The notes under the pieces were generated by a model. The model saw only the letters and a list, made by a program, of their open reading frames with translations, was not told the DNA's origin and made no database searches. DNA of 64,000 nucleotides from assembly GCF_024298765.1 (NCBI RefSeq), contig NZ_CP101210.1; one strand, written 5' to 3'. Shown here piece by piece: positions 13,087 through 23,400 of the stretch. The position numbers were made by a program, and so were the translations under genes. The number at the start of each line of letters is the position of its first letter. Positions within the stretch are counted from its first letter, which is position 1. The stretch comes from Escherichia coli (GTDB lineage Bacteria > Pseudomonadota > Gammaproteobacteria > Enterobacterales > Enterobacteriaceae).

Positions 13087-14388
13087 ACATGGGAACCCAG
13101 GGAAAGATTACGAAAGCCCGCTCCCAGCAAGGACTGACGCCAGATAGTTTCTGTCCATGGCTGCTTTTCGCATCTTACGTCTTAACCCTGCCTTGAATAC
13201 CTTATCATTCGTCAAAATATTAATAGCGATGTGCCGTATCCCTGAAAATAATTCTGCTGCATTTCCTCTTCTTATTTTGCAGTCGTCTTCATTCATTACC
13301 ACGTCCAGACGCCAGTGCAGCTTATTCTCCACGTGCCAGTGGTTTCGGATTGCTGTGGCGAACTTCTCTGCGGTTAAATCAGCAGAACTGATATAATATC
13401 TGACCGTCATTTCTGGCTCTTTCTTTTGTTCTGCTATTATTGACCGAAAGGAGACTGCCACGCATAATTTCTTCAGACCTTTCCATTCAAACGTGAAATC
13501 AATAAGTTCATCAGGGACATCGCAAACAATATGAAGACGGATTTCTTCTCTGCCGTGACTTTTTTCACTAATTGCGTAACTGTCATGCTCTGGATTATTT
13601 AATTCTTTCAGTGGGAATTTTTCCTCAAAGGCTTTATTAAGCCGCCCCTGATTTCCTTTTACAGCGAATAAATAATCACCGCCCTGTTTTTGTATCTTCT
13701 CTGCGATATCTTTCTGGCACCCCATCGCATCAGTTGTGATAATTTTTCCTTTAATATCCAACATGTTAAGAAGTTCAGGGATAGCTGTGATCTCATTGGA
13801 TTTCTCATCCGTCCTGATCTGTCCGATGACCAGACTGTGCATTGTTGAGAACGCACTAATGACATGAATCGCTCCCCTGCGGCGACTCTTGTCATAAGAA
13901 TGCCGGAGCGTTTTTCCATCAATTGCAATAACGTCTTTATCATCTGAAGAATGGCAGTCACGCATCCAGTTAATAAAGCACTCGTGAAATTTTGCAGGAC
14001 TGATACAGGATACAACTCTGGCAATGGTATCGTGAACAGGAATACCATTTTCAAAATCACCATATTGCTTCAAAAAATCGAGATGTGTTTCCCCAAAATC
14101 CTCTATATCTTCCCAGCCTTCTGCACAAGAAATAACGGCACAAATAGTCAACAGTAGAATATCCGACAATTTATGTTCCACTTTCCAGGCTTGTCTGTAA
14201 TCGGGGATAATAGAAATATGTTCCATCAATTTTTTAAGTTCCATTTTGTTCTCCTTAATTATGTAAGGAGTATTTGACCATGTATACGCAATAAAAAACA
14301 GCTTCAGGTAATGAGGAATATCTCAATTTTTAAACATAAAATGCGAATTATTTAGTACAAAAAAGCAGCGTTACGTGATCTTTCCCTG
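13087..14388 (-). mobile_element. ISAs1-family insertion sequence (H-repeat), apparently intact
   Basis: About 1.3 kb; imperfect terminal inverted repeats; single 378-aa transposase ORF. Confidence 0.8.
13108..14244 (-). CDS. ISAs1-family transposase (H-repeat-associated protein)
   Basis: 378 aa, [32 protein letters not shown]..., matches Rhs-associated H-rpt proteins. Confidence 0.9.
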   Translation of the reverse strand: MELKKLMEHISIIPDYRQAWKVEHKLSDILLLTICAVISCAEGWEDIEDFGETHLDFLKQYGDFENGIPVHDTIARVVSCISPAKFHECFINWMRDCHSSDDKDVIAIDGKTLRHSYDKSRRRGAIHVISAFSTMHSLVIGQIRTDEKSNEITAIPELLNMLDIKGKIITTDAMGCQKDIAEKIQKQGGDYLFAVKGNQGRLNKAFEEKFPLKELNNPEHDSYAISEKSHGREEIRLHIVCDVPDELIDFTFEWKGLKKLCVAVSFRSIIAEQKKEPEMTVRYYISSADLTAEKFATAIRNHWHVENKLHWRLDVVMNEDDCKIRRGNAAELFSGIRHIAINILTNDKVFKAGLRRKMRKAAMDRNYLASVLAGSGLS

Positions 14389-14395
14389 GTTAATC

Positions 14396-14725
14396 ATGGC
14401 TGAACACGATATTACGCCAGAAATCACCATTTCCAAAACACAGCGCCGCTATAAAGTCGGCTATGTCAGAGCCCGCCACATAAACAGCAAAACCTACATG
14501 ACCACGTACTACTCACGACACCCCAGCCTGAACCTCAAGGGCGACTGGCTGAAAGAGGCCGGATTTGATACCGGGCGGGGTGTCACGGTGAAGATTTCGG
14601 AGGGGTGCCTGACCATCATCGCTGACAGTGACGAGGTGCAGGAACTGCGGGAGGAACTTTATCAGGTTAAACAGGTGGTTAAGGGGATGCGGAGCGGGAT
14701 GTTTAGTGTGCTGAACGATAATTAA
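14396..14725 (+). CDS. SymE-family (type I toxin-like, AbrB-fold) protein
   Basis: 109 aa; LKGDWLKEAGFDTGRGVTVKISEGCLTIIA resembles the SymE core [30 protein letters not shown] (from memory); start trimmed from ORF 14375. Confidence 0.7.
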   Translation: MAEHDITPEITISKTQRRYKVGYVRARHINSKTYMTTYYSRHPSLNLKGDWLKEAGFDTGRGVTVKISEGCLTIIADSDEVQELREELYQVKQVVKGMRSGMFSVLNDN

Positions 14726-14727
14726 AT

Positions 14728-14772
14728 AATAAAAAGCCGGGAAGATTTAATTTTCTTTCCGGCTTTGTCTAA
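14728..14772. terminator. bidirectional hairpin terminator
   Basis: aagccgggaagatttaattttctttccggctt between convergent genes. Confidence 0.5.
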
Positions 14773-14776
14773 TTAA

Positions 14777-15145
14777 TTATTCAGGAAATTTTCTATTTTT
14801 ATATGATGACCATAAGTGAGTGATCGACCAAGAGTTTTCCTTTCCGAGTACAAAACTTTTGGAGATTATCTCAATATCATCAGATATACGCGAAGATATT
14901 TCAGAATTATTAATCACCCTGAATGAGTATTTAAATGCCTTTTCTCGCAAGGAATCAATAAACTCAATATCATCATCCTGAAAACTTTCCTTATCTAATG
15001 AATTAAACTCACTCATCCAGCAATCATCAAACTCCGGTTCATCTCTTGAGTCTAATGCACTATCAACATTTAATGATTTAAGAAAATCAAAAAATGACGG
15101 GGTGGATAAACAGTTATCAATTTCAATTAGCTTATTATTAATCAT
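14777..15145 (-). CDS. putative immunity protein of orphan Rhs toxin
   Basis: Acidic ~122 aa protein; ATG overlaps toxin stop in TGATG arrangement. Confidence 0.55.
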   Translation of the reverse strand: MINNKLIEIDNCLSTPSFFDFLKSLNVDSALDSRDEPEFDDCWMSEFNSLDKESFQDDDIEFIDSLREKAFKYSFRVINNSEISSRISDDIEIISKSFVLGKENSWSITHLWSSYKNRKFPE

Positions 15146-15790
15146 CACATTAACCCTTGTCCTTTGAGCCAAACCTCTATTAAATCAACAGCCTTGGATG
15201 GTGTCACATTAGTACCTAGCGTATAAGTTCCATTTGGAGATTTAACATCAACTCTGATGTCATCTAATTTTGAATACGCTTTTCTGTAAGCATCAAATAA
15301 CTCTTTATCCGAACCAAGGAAATCACCTTGTCTTGGACCTATCACATCTCGTTCCGCATGATGTAAACGCCAGTGATTATGTTCTGGATTTTCTCCTCTA
15401 GGGAATAATGTTGGGCGAGTTTTATCAGATCGGGAAACTTCAAACGGACGTCCTTTAGATTTACGAACCGCAGGAACATGATGTCCAGATTCACTCACGC
15501 CCATACACTTCTTCGTTAATCCAAGGGGATCGATCCAGCTTAACGGATTCGGTGCATAAGCATACAGGTTTAACCCGCCTCTTAGCCCTATCGGGTCCGT
15601 TACCATGAACCGCCCGACATCCGGATCATAGTACCTGTGCAGATTGTAATGCAGCCCCGTTTCCCTGTCGAGGTACTGTCCCTGGTAGCGCAGGTTCTGC
15701 TCCACCCCGCCGTGGTCCTTCTCCTGTATCGTGTTACCCCAGACCTGATACCCCGTCTCCCACACGATTTTCCCGTCACTGTCCGTCATC
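15145..15790 (-). pseudogene. orphan rhs C-terminal fragment: ~90 core codons + DPLGL + ~120-aa toxin tip with GHH signature
   Basis: ORF 15145..15825; core part near-identical to main rhs (MTDSDGKIVWETGYQVWGN...DPIGLRGGLNLYAYAPNPLSWIDPLGL); 5' end cut by ISAs1. Confidence 0.65.
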
Positions 15791-15792
15791 TC

Positions 15793-17084
15793 CAGGGCAA
15801 GATTACGAAAGCCCGCACCCCGCAAGGACTGACGCCAGATAGTTTCTGTCCATGGCTGCTTTTCGCATCTTACGTCTTAACCCTGCCTTGAATACCTTAT
15901 CATTCGTCAAAATATTAATAGCGATGTGCCGTATCCCTGAAAATAATTCTGCTGCATTTCCTCTTCTTATTTTGCAGTCGTCTTCATTCATTACCACGTC
16001 CAGACGCCAGTGCAGCTTATTCTCCACGTGCCAGTGATTTCGGATCGCTGTGGCGAACTTTTCTGCGGTTAAATCAGCAGAACTGATATAATATCTGACC
16101 GTCATTTCTGGCTCTTTCTTTTGTTCTGCTATTATGGACCGAAAGGAGACTGCCACGCATAATTTCTTCAGTCCTTTCCATTCAAACGTGAAATCAATAA
16201 GTTCATCAGGGACATCACAAACAATATGAAGACGGGTTTCTTCTCTGCCGTGACTCTTTTCACTAATTGAGTAACTGTCGTGCTCTGGATTATTTAATTC
16301 TTTCAGCGGAAATTTTTCCTCAAAGGCTTTATTAAGCCGCCACCTGATTTCCTTTTACAGCGAATAAATAATCACCTCCCTGTTTTTGTATCTTCTCTGC
16401 AATATCTTTCTGGCAACTCATCGCATCAGTTGTGATGATTTTTCCTTTAATATCCAGCATGTTAAGAAGTTCAGGGATAGCTGTAATTTCATTGGATTTC
16501 TCATCCGTCCTGATCTGTCCGATGACCAGACTGTGCATTGTTGAGAACGCACTAATGACATGAATCGCTCCCCTGCGGCGACTCTTGTCATAAGAATGCC
16601 GGAGCGTTTTTCCATCAATTGCAATAACGTCTTTATCATCTGAAGAATGGCAGTCACGCATCCAGTTAATAAAGCACTCGTGAAATTTTGCAGGACTGAT
16701 ACAGGATACAACTCTGGCAATGGTATCGTGAACAGGAATACCATTTTCAAAATCACCATATTGCTTCAAAAAATCGAGATGTGTTTCCCCAAAATCCTCT
16801 ATATCTTCCCAGCCTTCTGCACCAGAAATAACGGCACAAATAGTCAACAGTAGAATATCCGACAATTTATGTTCCACTTTCCAGGCTTGTCTGTAATCGG
16901 GGACAATAGAAATATGTTCCATCAATTTTTTAAGTTCCATTTTGTTCTCCTTAATTATGTAAGGAGTATTTGATCATGTATAAGCAATAAAAAACAGCTT
17001 TAGGTAATGAGGAATATCTCAAATCTTAAACATAAAATGCCAATTATTTAGTACAAAAAAGTAGCGTTACGTGATCTTTCCCTA
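15793..17084 (-). mobile_element. ISAs1-family copy, transposase frameshifted
   Basis: Same ends as the copy at 13087..14388; ORF split into 16332..16940 and 15803..16156; 1-bp difference (gccgccacctgattt vs gccgcccctgattt). Confidence 0.75.
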
Positions 17085-17089
17085 AAACG

Positions 17090-17555
17090 CAGACCCAGTT
17101 GTGCATAGTACACATGGTACGCAACAGCCTGCGGTTCGTGACGTGGAAAGACTATAAAGCGGTAACCCGTGACCTGAAACAGGTTTACCGCGCGGCCACG
17201 GAAGAAGGCGTGTTGCAGGCGCTGGATGCGTTCGGGAAGGAATGGGATGCACGGTACCCGCAGATAAGTCGCAGCTGGCGGGCAAACTGACCGAATGTTG
17301 CCACCTTCTTCGTGTACCCGGAGGCGATCCGAAAGGTTATCTACACCACTAACGCAATCGAATCGCTGAATAGCGTCATCAGACATGCGATAAAGAAAAG
17401 GAAAGTGTTCCCGACAGATGAATCGGTGAAAAAAGTGGTGTGGCTGGCTATCCAGTCAGCCTCACAGAAATGGACGATGCCACTTCAGGACTAGCGGATA
17501 GCCATGAGTCGCTTTATTATCGAGTTCGGTGACCGCCTTGACGGTCACTTCTGAG
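17090..17555 (+). pseudogene. IS256-family (Mutator-type) transposase, 3' remnant with frameshift
   Basis: ORFs 17099..17290 and 17312..17494 carry ...VHMVRNSLRFVTWKDYKAV... and ...IYTTNAIESLNSVIRHAIKKRKVFPTDESVKKVVWLAIQSASQKWTMP... Confidence 0.6.
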
Positions 17556-17619
17556 AAAGGCATTTACACAGAATGATGGACAGGCTCAACGGGAAGGCTA
17601 CATGCCTTCCCATTTTATA

Positions 17620-17946
17620 TTAATCACCCGGCTTCTCCCAACATTTTATCTTTTCTATTTCTCTCTCAATATCATCCATATCATCATCTCCAAGATCGGT
17701 ATTAAAATTTTCAGTAATAACCCTTCTTATTTCAGCCAACCGATGTGTAATATTTTTATCATCAATAAATTTAGTGGTTTCTTTAAAGTAAGAATTCAAC
17801 AATTTATCATCAATAACGTTCTGCTCTATACCATTGAAATAATACCTTGCAATATTCTTAAGTGATATCAATATGTACTCTACCTCACTTAGAATATAAA
17901 GGGCATCCTTCCCGGGTATATTAATTACATCATTGTTTTTATTCAT
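17620..17946 (-). CDS. putative immunity protein of orphan Rhs toxin
   Basis: 108 aa ORF starting 1 nt after the orphan toxin stop. Confidence 0.55.
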   Translation of the reverse strand: MNKNNDVINIPGKDALYILSEVEYILISLKNIARYYFNGIEQNVIDDKLLNSYFKETTKFIDDKNITHRLAEIRRVITENFNTDLGDDDMDDIEREIEKIKCWEKPGD

Positions 17947-17947
17947 A

Positions 17948-19735
17948 TTATTTACGCCGAGTTATTTTTGCATTATCAGAAAGAACAATATCACCTTTCA
18001 CAGTCAATTCATCTATATGGTATCGAGGGTTTGTTACCCACTCTAATTGCTCGTTAGGTACATCTGTTTCCACATAATCTCTACCTTTCCCACGACCTAT
18101 TTGATATTTCGCCTCTATGTCTACTTGACTGAGTGGTTTTTTATTCGCAGGTTCCAAATATACACGACCGTTATCATGCGCCTTAATTATCCCACTTTCA
18201 GCAATCGCATTTGAACCTTTACGATTAGTATAATGCCGCACACGAGTAGTTCCATTACAGAGCTCTTTTTTTAATCCGAGTGGATCAATATATTTCAGCG
18301 GATTAGGCGCATAAGCATATAAGTTCAACCCACCCGCCAGCCCTATCGGATCCGTTACAATGAACCGCCCGACATCCGGATCATAGTACCTGTGCAGATT
18401 GTAATGCAGCCCTGTTTCCCTGTCGAGGTACTGTCCCTGGTAGCGCAGGTTCTGCTCCACCCTGCCGTGGTCCTTCTCCTGTATCGTGTTACCCCAGACC
18501 TGATACCCCGTCTCCCACACGATTTTCCCGTCACTGTCCGTCATCTCTTCCGGCGCGCCGTTCACATCCGTGTGAAAATACAGTATCCGGTTCGGGCCCT
18601 CTTTGCCCGCCTTATCCACCCGCGCCAGCGGTTCATAACTCCCCGGGTCCCTGTAGATGTACAGGCTGTCTGTTCCCTCCGGCCTGCTCTCCTGCGCCAG
18701 CCGCATTCCGTCCCATAAAAATGCCGTCCGGTTGTACGGTTTACCGTCAGGGCTGATGTGCTGTTTTTCCGTCCGCCTCCCCAGCGCATCGTACACATAC
18801 CGGTACGTTCCCCGCGCTGTCGTCACTTCCACCATCCGGTGTTCCGCATCATAACGGTAACTCTGCGTGCCGCTCCGCCCCTCCTTTTCCACCGCACGGC
18901 CAAATTCGTCGTAACGGTAGTGCACACCACGGTAAGACATCAGCCGGTTGAACGGCACCACGCTGTTTTCTGCCGTGGCCCTTTCCCCCGCGCGCCGCCC
19001 CAGCAGGTTTCCCGCCGCGTCGTACTGCCAGCTCGCCAGATACCCCTCATCCTCCGAGCGGCACGCCGTGATGCGCCCCGTGGGGTCGTAGAAGTAATCC
19101 GTTTCCCCCCGCCGGCTGTGCCGCGTCTTCAGCAGTTCATCCTCGCCACTGTAGCTGTACTGCCGGTCCGTGAACGTCTCCGGTACCACCCCGCGCATCC
19201 CGCTGTATGTCTCCCTGCGCTTCAGCCGCCCGGCGGGGTCGTAAAGCTGCCGCGTGCTCAGTCGCCCCTGACTTCTGAGCACTTCACGGTGCAGGGCGTC
19301 ACGAGTGAACTCGCTGATGACCTCCCGGTCCAGATTTATCTGCTGGAGATGGCCGCTGCCGTAGTACAGATGACGCTGCGTTCTGCCGTCCGGAAAGGTG
19401 GTGGCTGTCCGGTTGCTGAGTTCATCGTACTGATGGGTCAGGACGCCCTGCGCCGTCTCCTCAGTCAGCATCCGCCCCAGTCTGTCGTAACTGAAACGGA
19501 TAATCTCCGGTGCGTCTGTTTCCCCGGCATCCGACCGTCGGCGGCGGATTTCCAGTAACTGGTCTGCCGCATCATGGACGTATTCCGTACGGCTATCGGC
19601 TGTCTCCTTTGCCGTGAGCCGGCCCGCCGCATCACGTGCCAGCCGGTGGCGGATTTCACCGCCCCGGTCCCCGGTGAACACCACTTCCGTGACCGCGTTC
19701 AGCGCGTTGTAGCGGTACGTCTGGCGGCAGCCGTC
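17948..19735 (-). pseudogene. orphan rhs fragment: ~490 core codons + ~105-aa alternative toxin tip, 5'-truncated
   Basis: ORF 17948..19753; homology to main rhs starts at ...CRQTYRYNALNAV; 18392-19735 is near-identical to 20910-22253. Confidence 0.75.
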
Positions 19736-19764
19736 GTGCTGCCAGCGCAGCATCTGCCCAACCG

Positions 19765-19978
19765 CAGCGACACGCCGGTGATCAAAATCAGCGCCAAATG
19801 GCTGAGAGAAGCGGGATTTGAGATCGGCACGGGCGTTACCGTGAAGATCTCGGAAGGCTGCCTGATCCTGCTTGCAGATAACAACGGAGTACAGGAACTG
19901 CGCAGGGAACTTTATCAGGTTAAACAGTCTGTTAAGGGGATGCGGAACGGGATGTTTAGTATGCTGAACGATAATTAA
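19765..19978 (+). pseudogene. SymE-family gene, C-terminal fragment
   Basis: ...IKISAKWLREAGFEIGTGVTVKISEGCLILLADNNGVQELRRELYQVKQSVKGMRNGMFSMLNDN homologous to 14396..14725; N-terminus lost at the orphan rhs junction. Confidence 0.6.
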
Positions 19979-19984
19979 ATAATA

Positions 19985-20020
19985 AAAAGCCGGGAAGATT
20001 TAATTTCTTACCCGGCTTTT
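19985..20020. terminator. bidirectional hairpin terminator
   Basis: aaaagccgggaagatttaatttcttacccggctttt. Confidence 0.5.
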
Positions 20021-20043
20021 GATAACTTAATAATATTATAATC

Positions 20044-20424
20044 CTAAATCAATCTTTTTTTTAATTCCCTTATTTCAGGAGTTAATGCAAAACTGTCTTC
20101 TAAAGATTCGTCATCCAAGGCCCAGTAATTAATAAGATCTATATGATTTTTATAATTATCAAGCAGAGTGTTGAGTGCTTTTACAATAACTTTATCTGAA
20201 GGAGGTACTCCAGAAGATAATAAATCATTACAGACATCAAGGGCTAAAGTCATTAATTCATTCTTCCCTTTTTGTGAGTAGCCATTATTTAAATATGCAG
20301 CAATATATTTACTTAACCACTCTTTAGTTCGATATTTTTCAGGCAGTTCATAAGCCCAATCTTGTGTAAACTTATCACTCACTGGTACACCAAGTTCACT
20401 ACAGATTTTATCTATTTCATTCAT
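20044..20424 (-). CDS. putative immunity protein of the main Rhs toxin
   Basis: 126 aa ORF 18 nt downstream of rhs stop; position-based call. Confidence 0.55.
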   Translation of the reverse strand: MNEIDKICSELGVPVSDKFTQDWAYELPEKYRTKEWLSKYIAAYLNNGYSQKGKNELMTLALDVCNDLLSSGVPPSDKVIVKALNTLLDNYKNHIDLINYWALDDESLEDSFALTPEIRELKKRLI

Positions 20425-20441
20425 ATATATCCTTCATTATT

Positions 20442-23400
20442 TTAGTTGTCGTGTGATGAATTGAATGGGAACGATGTACGTACAGAACCGTCGGGTTTTA
20501 CAACAACCCTTGCCATATCTGGAACTACCTCTGTCCCATCAGGTAAATAACCTCGACTTTTTATATTTGTAGGCAATGGCACATCATGCACACCTGGTCC
20601 TTTTTTGGCAACAGAAGCAATAAAATCAGCAGCAGAATTATCATCGAGATATTGTCCAACTTGATGACCTTTATTTCTGGCACGATCAATTAACTGATTT
20701 GGTTTCATTTTCTGTCCGTGTTCAGAAAAGGTGTGACCGTATGTAGGCTTACTTTTTGGATTTCCCCATTTGAAGTCAGATTTAGGACACAATCCAAGTG
20801 GGTCGATCCATGACAGTGGATTAGGTGCATACTGATATAAGTTTAACCCGCCTCTCAGCCCTATCGGGTCCGTTACCATGAACCGCCCGACATCCGGATC
20901 ATAGTACCTGTGCAGATTGTAATGCAGTCCCGTTTCCCTGTCGAGGTACTGTCCCTGGTAGCGCAGGTTCTGCGCCACCCCGCCGTGGTCCTTCTCCTGT
21001 ATCGTGTTACCCCAGACCTGATACCCCGTCTCCCACACGATTTTCCCGTCACTGTCCGTCATCTCTTCCGGCGCGCCGTTCACATCCGTGTGAAAATACA
21101 GTATCCGGTTCGGGCCCTCTTTGCCCGCCTTATCCACCCGCGCCAGCGGTTCATAACTCCCCGGGTCCCTGTAGATGTACAGGCTGTCTGTTCCCTCCGG
21201 CCTGCTCTCCTGCGCCAGCCGCATTCCGTCCCATAAAAATGCCGTCCGGTTGTACGGTTTACCGTCAGGGCTGATGTGCTGTTTTTCCGTCCGCCTCCCC
21301 AGCGCATCGTACACATACCGGTACGTTCCCCGCGCTGTCGTCACTTCCACCATCCGGTGTTCCGCATCATAACGGTAACTCTGCGTGCCGCTCCGCCCCT
21401 CCTTTTCCACCGCACGGCCAAATTCGTCGTAACGGTAGTGCACACCACGGTAAGACATCAGCCGGTTGAACGGCACCACGCTGTTTTCTGCCGTGGCCCT
21501 TTCCCCCGCGCGCCGCCCCAGCAGGTTTCCCGCCGCGTCGTACTGCCAGCTCGCCAGATACCCCTCATCCTCCGAGCGGCACGCCGTGATGCGCCCCGTG
21601 GGGTCGTAGAAGTAATCCGTTTCCCCCCGCCGGCTGTGCCGCGTCTTCAGCAGTTCATCCTCGCCACTGTAGCTGTACTGCCGGTCCGTGAACGTCTCCG
21701 GTACCACCCCGCGCATCCCGCTGTATGTCTCCCTGCGCTTCAGCCGCCCGGCGGGGTCGTAAAGCTGCCGCGTGCTCAGTCGCCCCTGACTTCTGAGCAC
21801 TTCACGGTGCAGGGCGTCACGAGTGAACTCGCTGATGACCTCCCGGTCCAGATTTATCTGCTGGAGATGGCCGCTGCCGTAGTACAGATGACGCTGCGTT
21901 CTGCCGTCCGGAAAGGTGGTGGCTGTCCGGTTGCTGAGTTCATCGTACTGATGGGTCAGGACGCCCTGCGCCGTCTCCTCAGTCAGCATCCGCCCCAGTC
22001 TGTCGTAACTGAAACGGATAATCTCCGGTGCGTCTGTTTCCCCGGCATCCGACCGTCGGCGGCGGATTTCCAGTAACTGGTCTGCCGCATCATGGACGTA
22101 TTCCGTACGGCTATCGGCTGTCTCCTTTGCCGTGAGCCGGCCCGCCGCATCACGTGCCAGCCGGTGGCGGATTTCACCGCCCCGGTCCCCGGTGAACACC
22201 ACTTCCGTGACCGCGTTCAGCGCGTTGTAGCGGTACGTCTGGCGGCAGCCGTCCGGATTTATCTGCTCCGCCAGACGGTCCAGCACGTCATGGCGGAACC
22301 GGTAGCTTTCTCCGTTCTCGTTTGTCAGCGTGACCAGACGCCCGTAAGCATCGTACCCGAACGCCGTCCTGCGCCCCGTCGCGTCTGTCCGGCTGCGCAC
22401 CCGGCCCTGCCCGTCCCGCTGCCAGCGCGTTATCCTCCCCATCGGGCTGGTGTACTTCACCAGCCTGCCCGCCGCGTCCGACTGGTAATTCACCGTGCGG
22501 CCGTCCGCCAGTATCACCTCCGTCAGGTGGCCGCTGTCGTCATACCCGTAGCGCGTGCTGTGGCTCTGCGCGTCTGTCATCCGTATCAGCCGCGTGCGTT
22601 CGTCGTAGAACCAGGCCGTCTGCGAGCCGGAACAGTCCGTGTGCCGCATGAGCTGCCCGTCTTCGTTCCACTGAAGGTATTTATTCCCCCCGCGCGCATC
22701 GGTTATCTGCACCACCTGGCCGTGGCGGTCATACTGATACCGGGTGTTCTGCTGCAGCGGGTCGGTCACCGCAAGAAGATTGCCGCGTTCATCGTACTCA
22801 CAGCACCAGCTGTTCCCCGCCGCGTCCACCTCCGTTTCCGGCTGGTGCCACACCGGGTGCCACTGTGTCTGTGCCACCCGCCCCAGCGGGTCGTGCGTCT
22901 CCGTGATATGCCCCTGCCGGTCATACACATAGCGCCATTTGCCGCCCTGCGCATCGGTCATTCCCAGTAACAGCCGTTCTTCGTCGCTCCAGCGGAACGT
23001 CGTCACCTGCCCGGCTTCGTCCTGGTACGCCGTCACCTGATTCTGCGCGTCCCACTGATGATAACGCGTGCGCCCCAGCCCGTCCGTCACGCACAGCCTG
23101 CGTGACGCCAGGCTCCACGCCAGCCGGTACTGTTCACCGCTGTCCGTGTGGTGCCCCGTCACCCGCCACGCTGCGTCATCCGGGCCTTCATACCAGCTCC
23201 ACTGGTAATAATACCCTTCGCCGCCCGGCTGGCGGTGCAGGGTCATGCAGTGGTTTTCGTCGTAAGCAAACTCGCGCAGCAGGTGTCCCGTGCTGTCGTA
23301 CACGCCGTTCAGGTCGCCGGCCTCGTCATAGCGGTAACGACGCAGCAGTAAAGGAGCCGTCTCAGGGAAATGCTGATAAATCTGTGTCACCCGCCGGGGA

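Noticed and set aside
18392-19558. Plus-strand ORFs duplicated between the orphan and main rhs copies
   Set aside because: Same antisense artefact; their duplication simply reflects the rhs core direct repeat.
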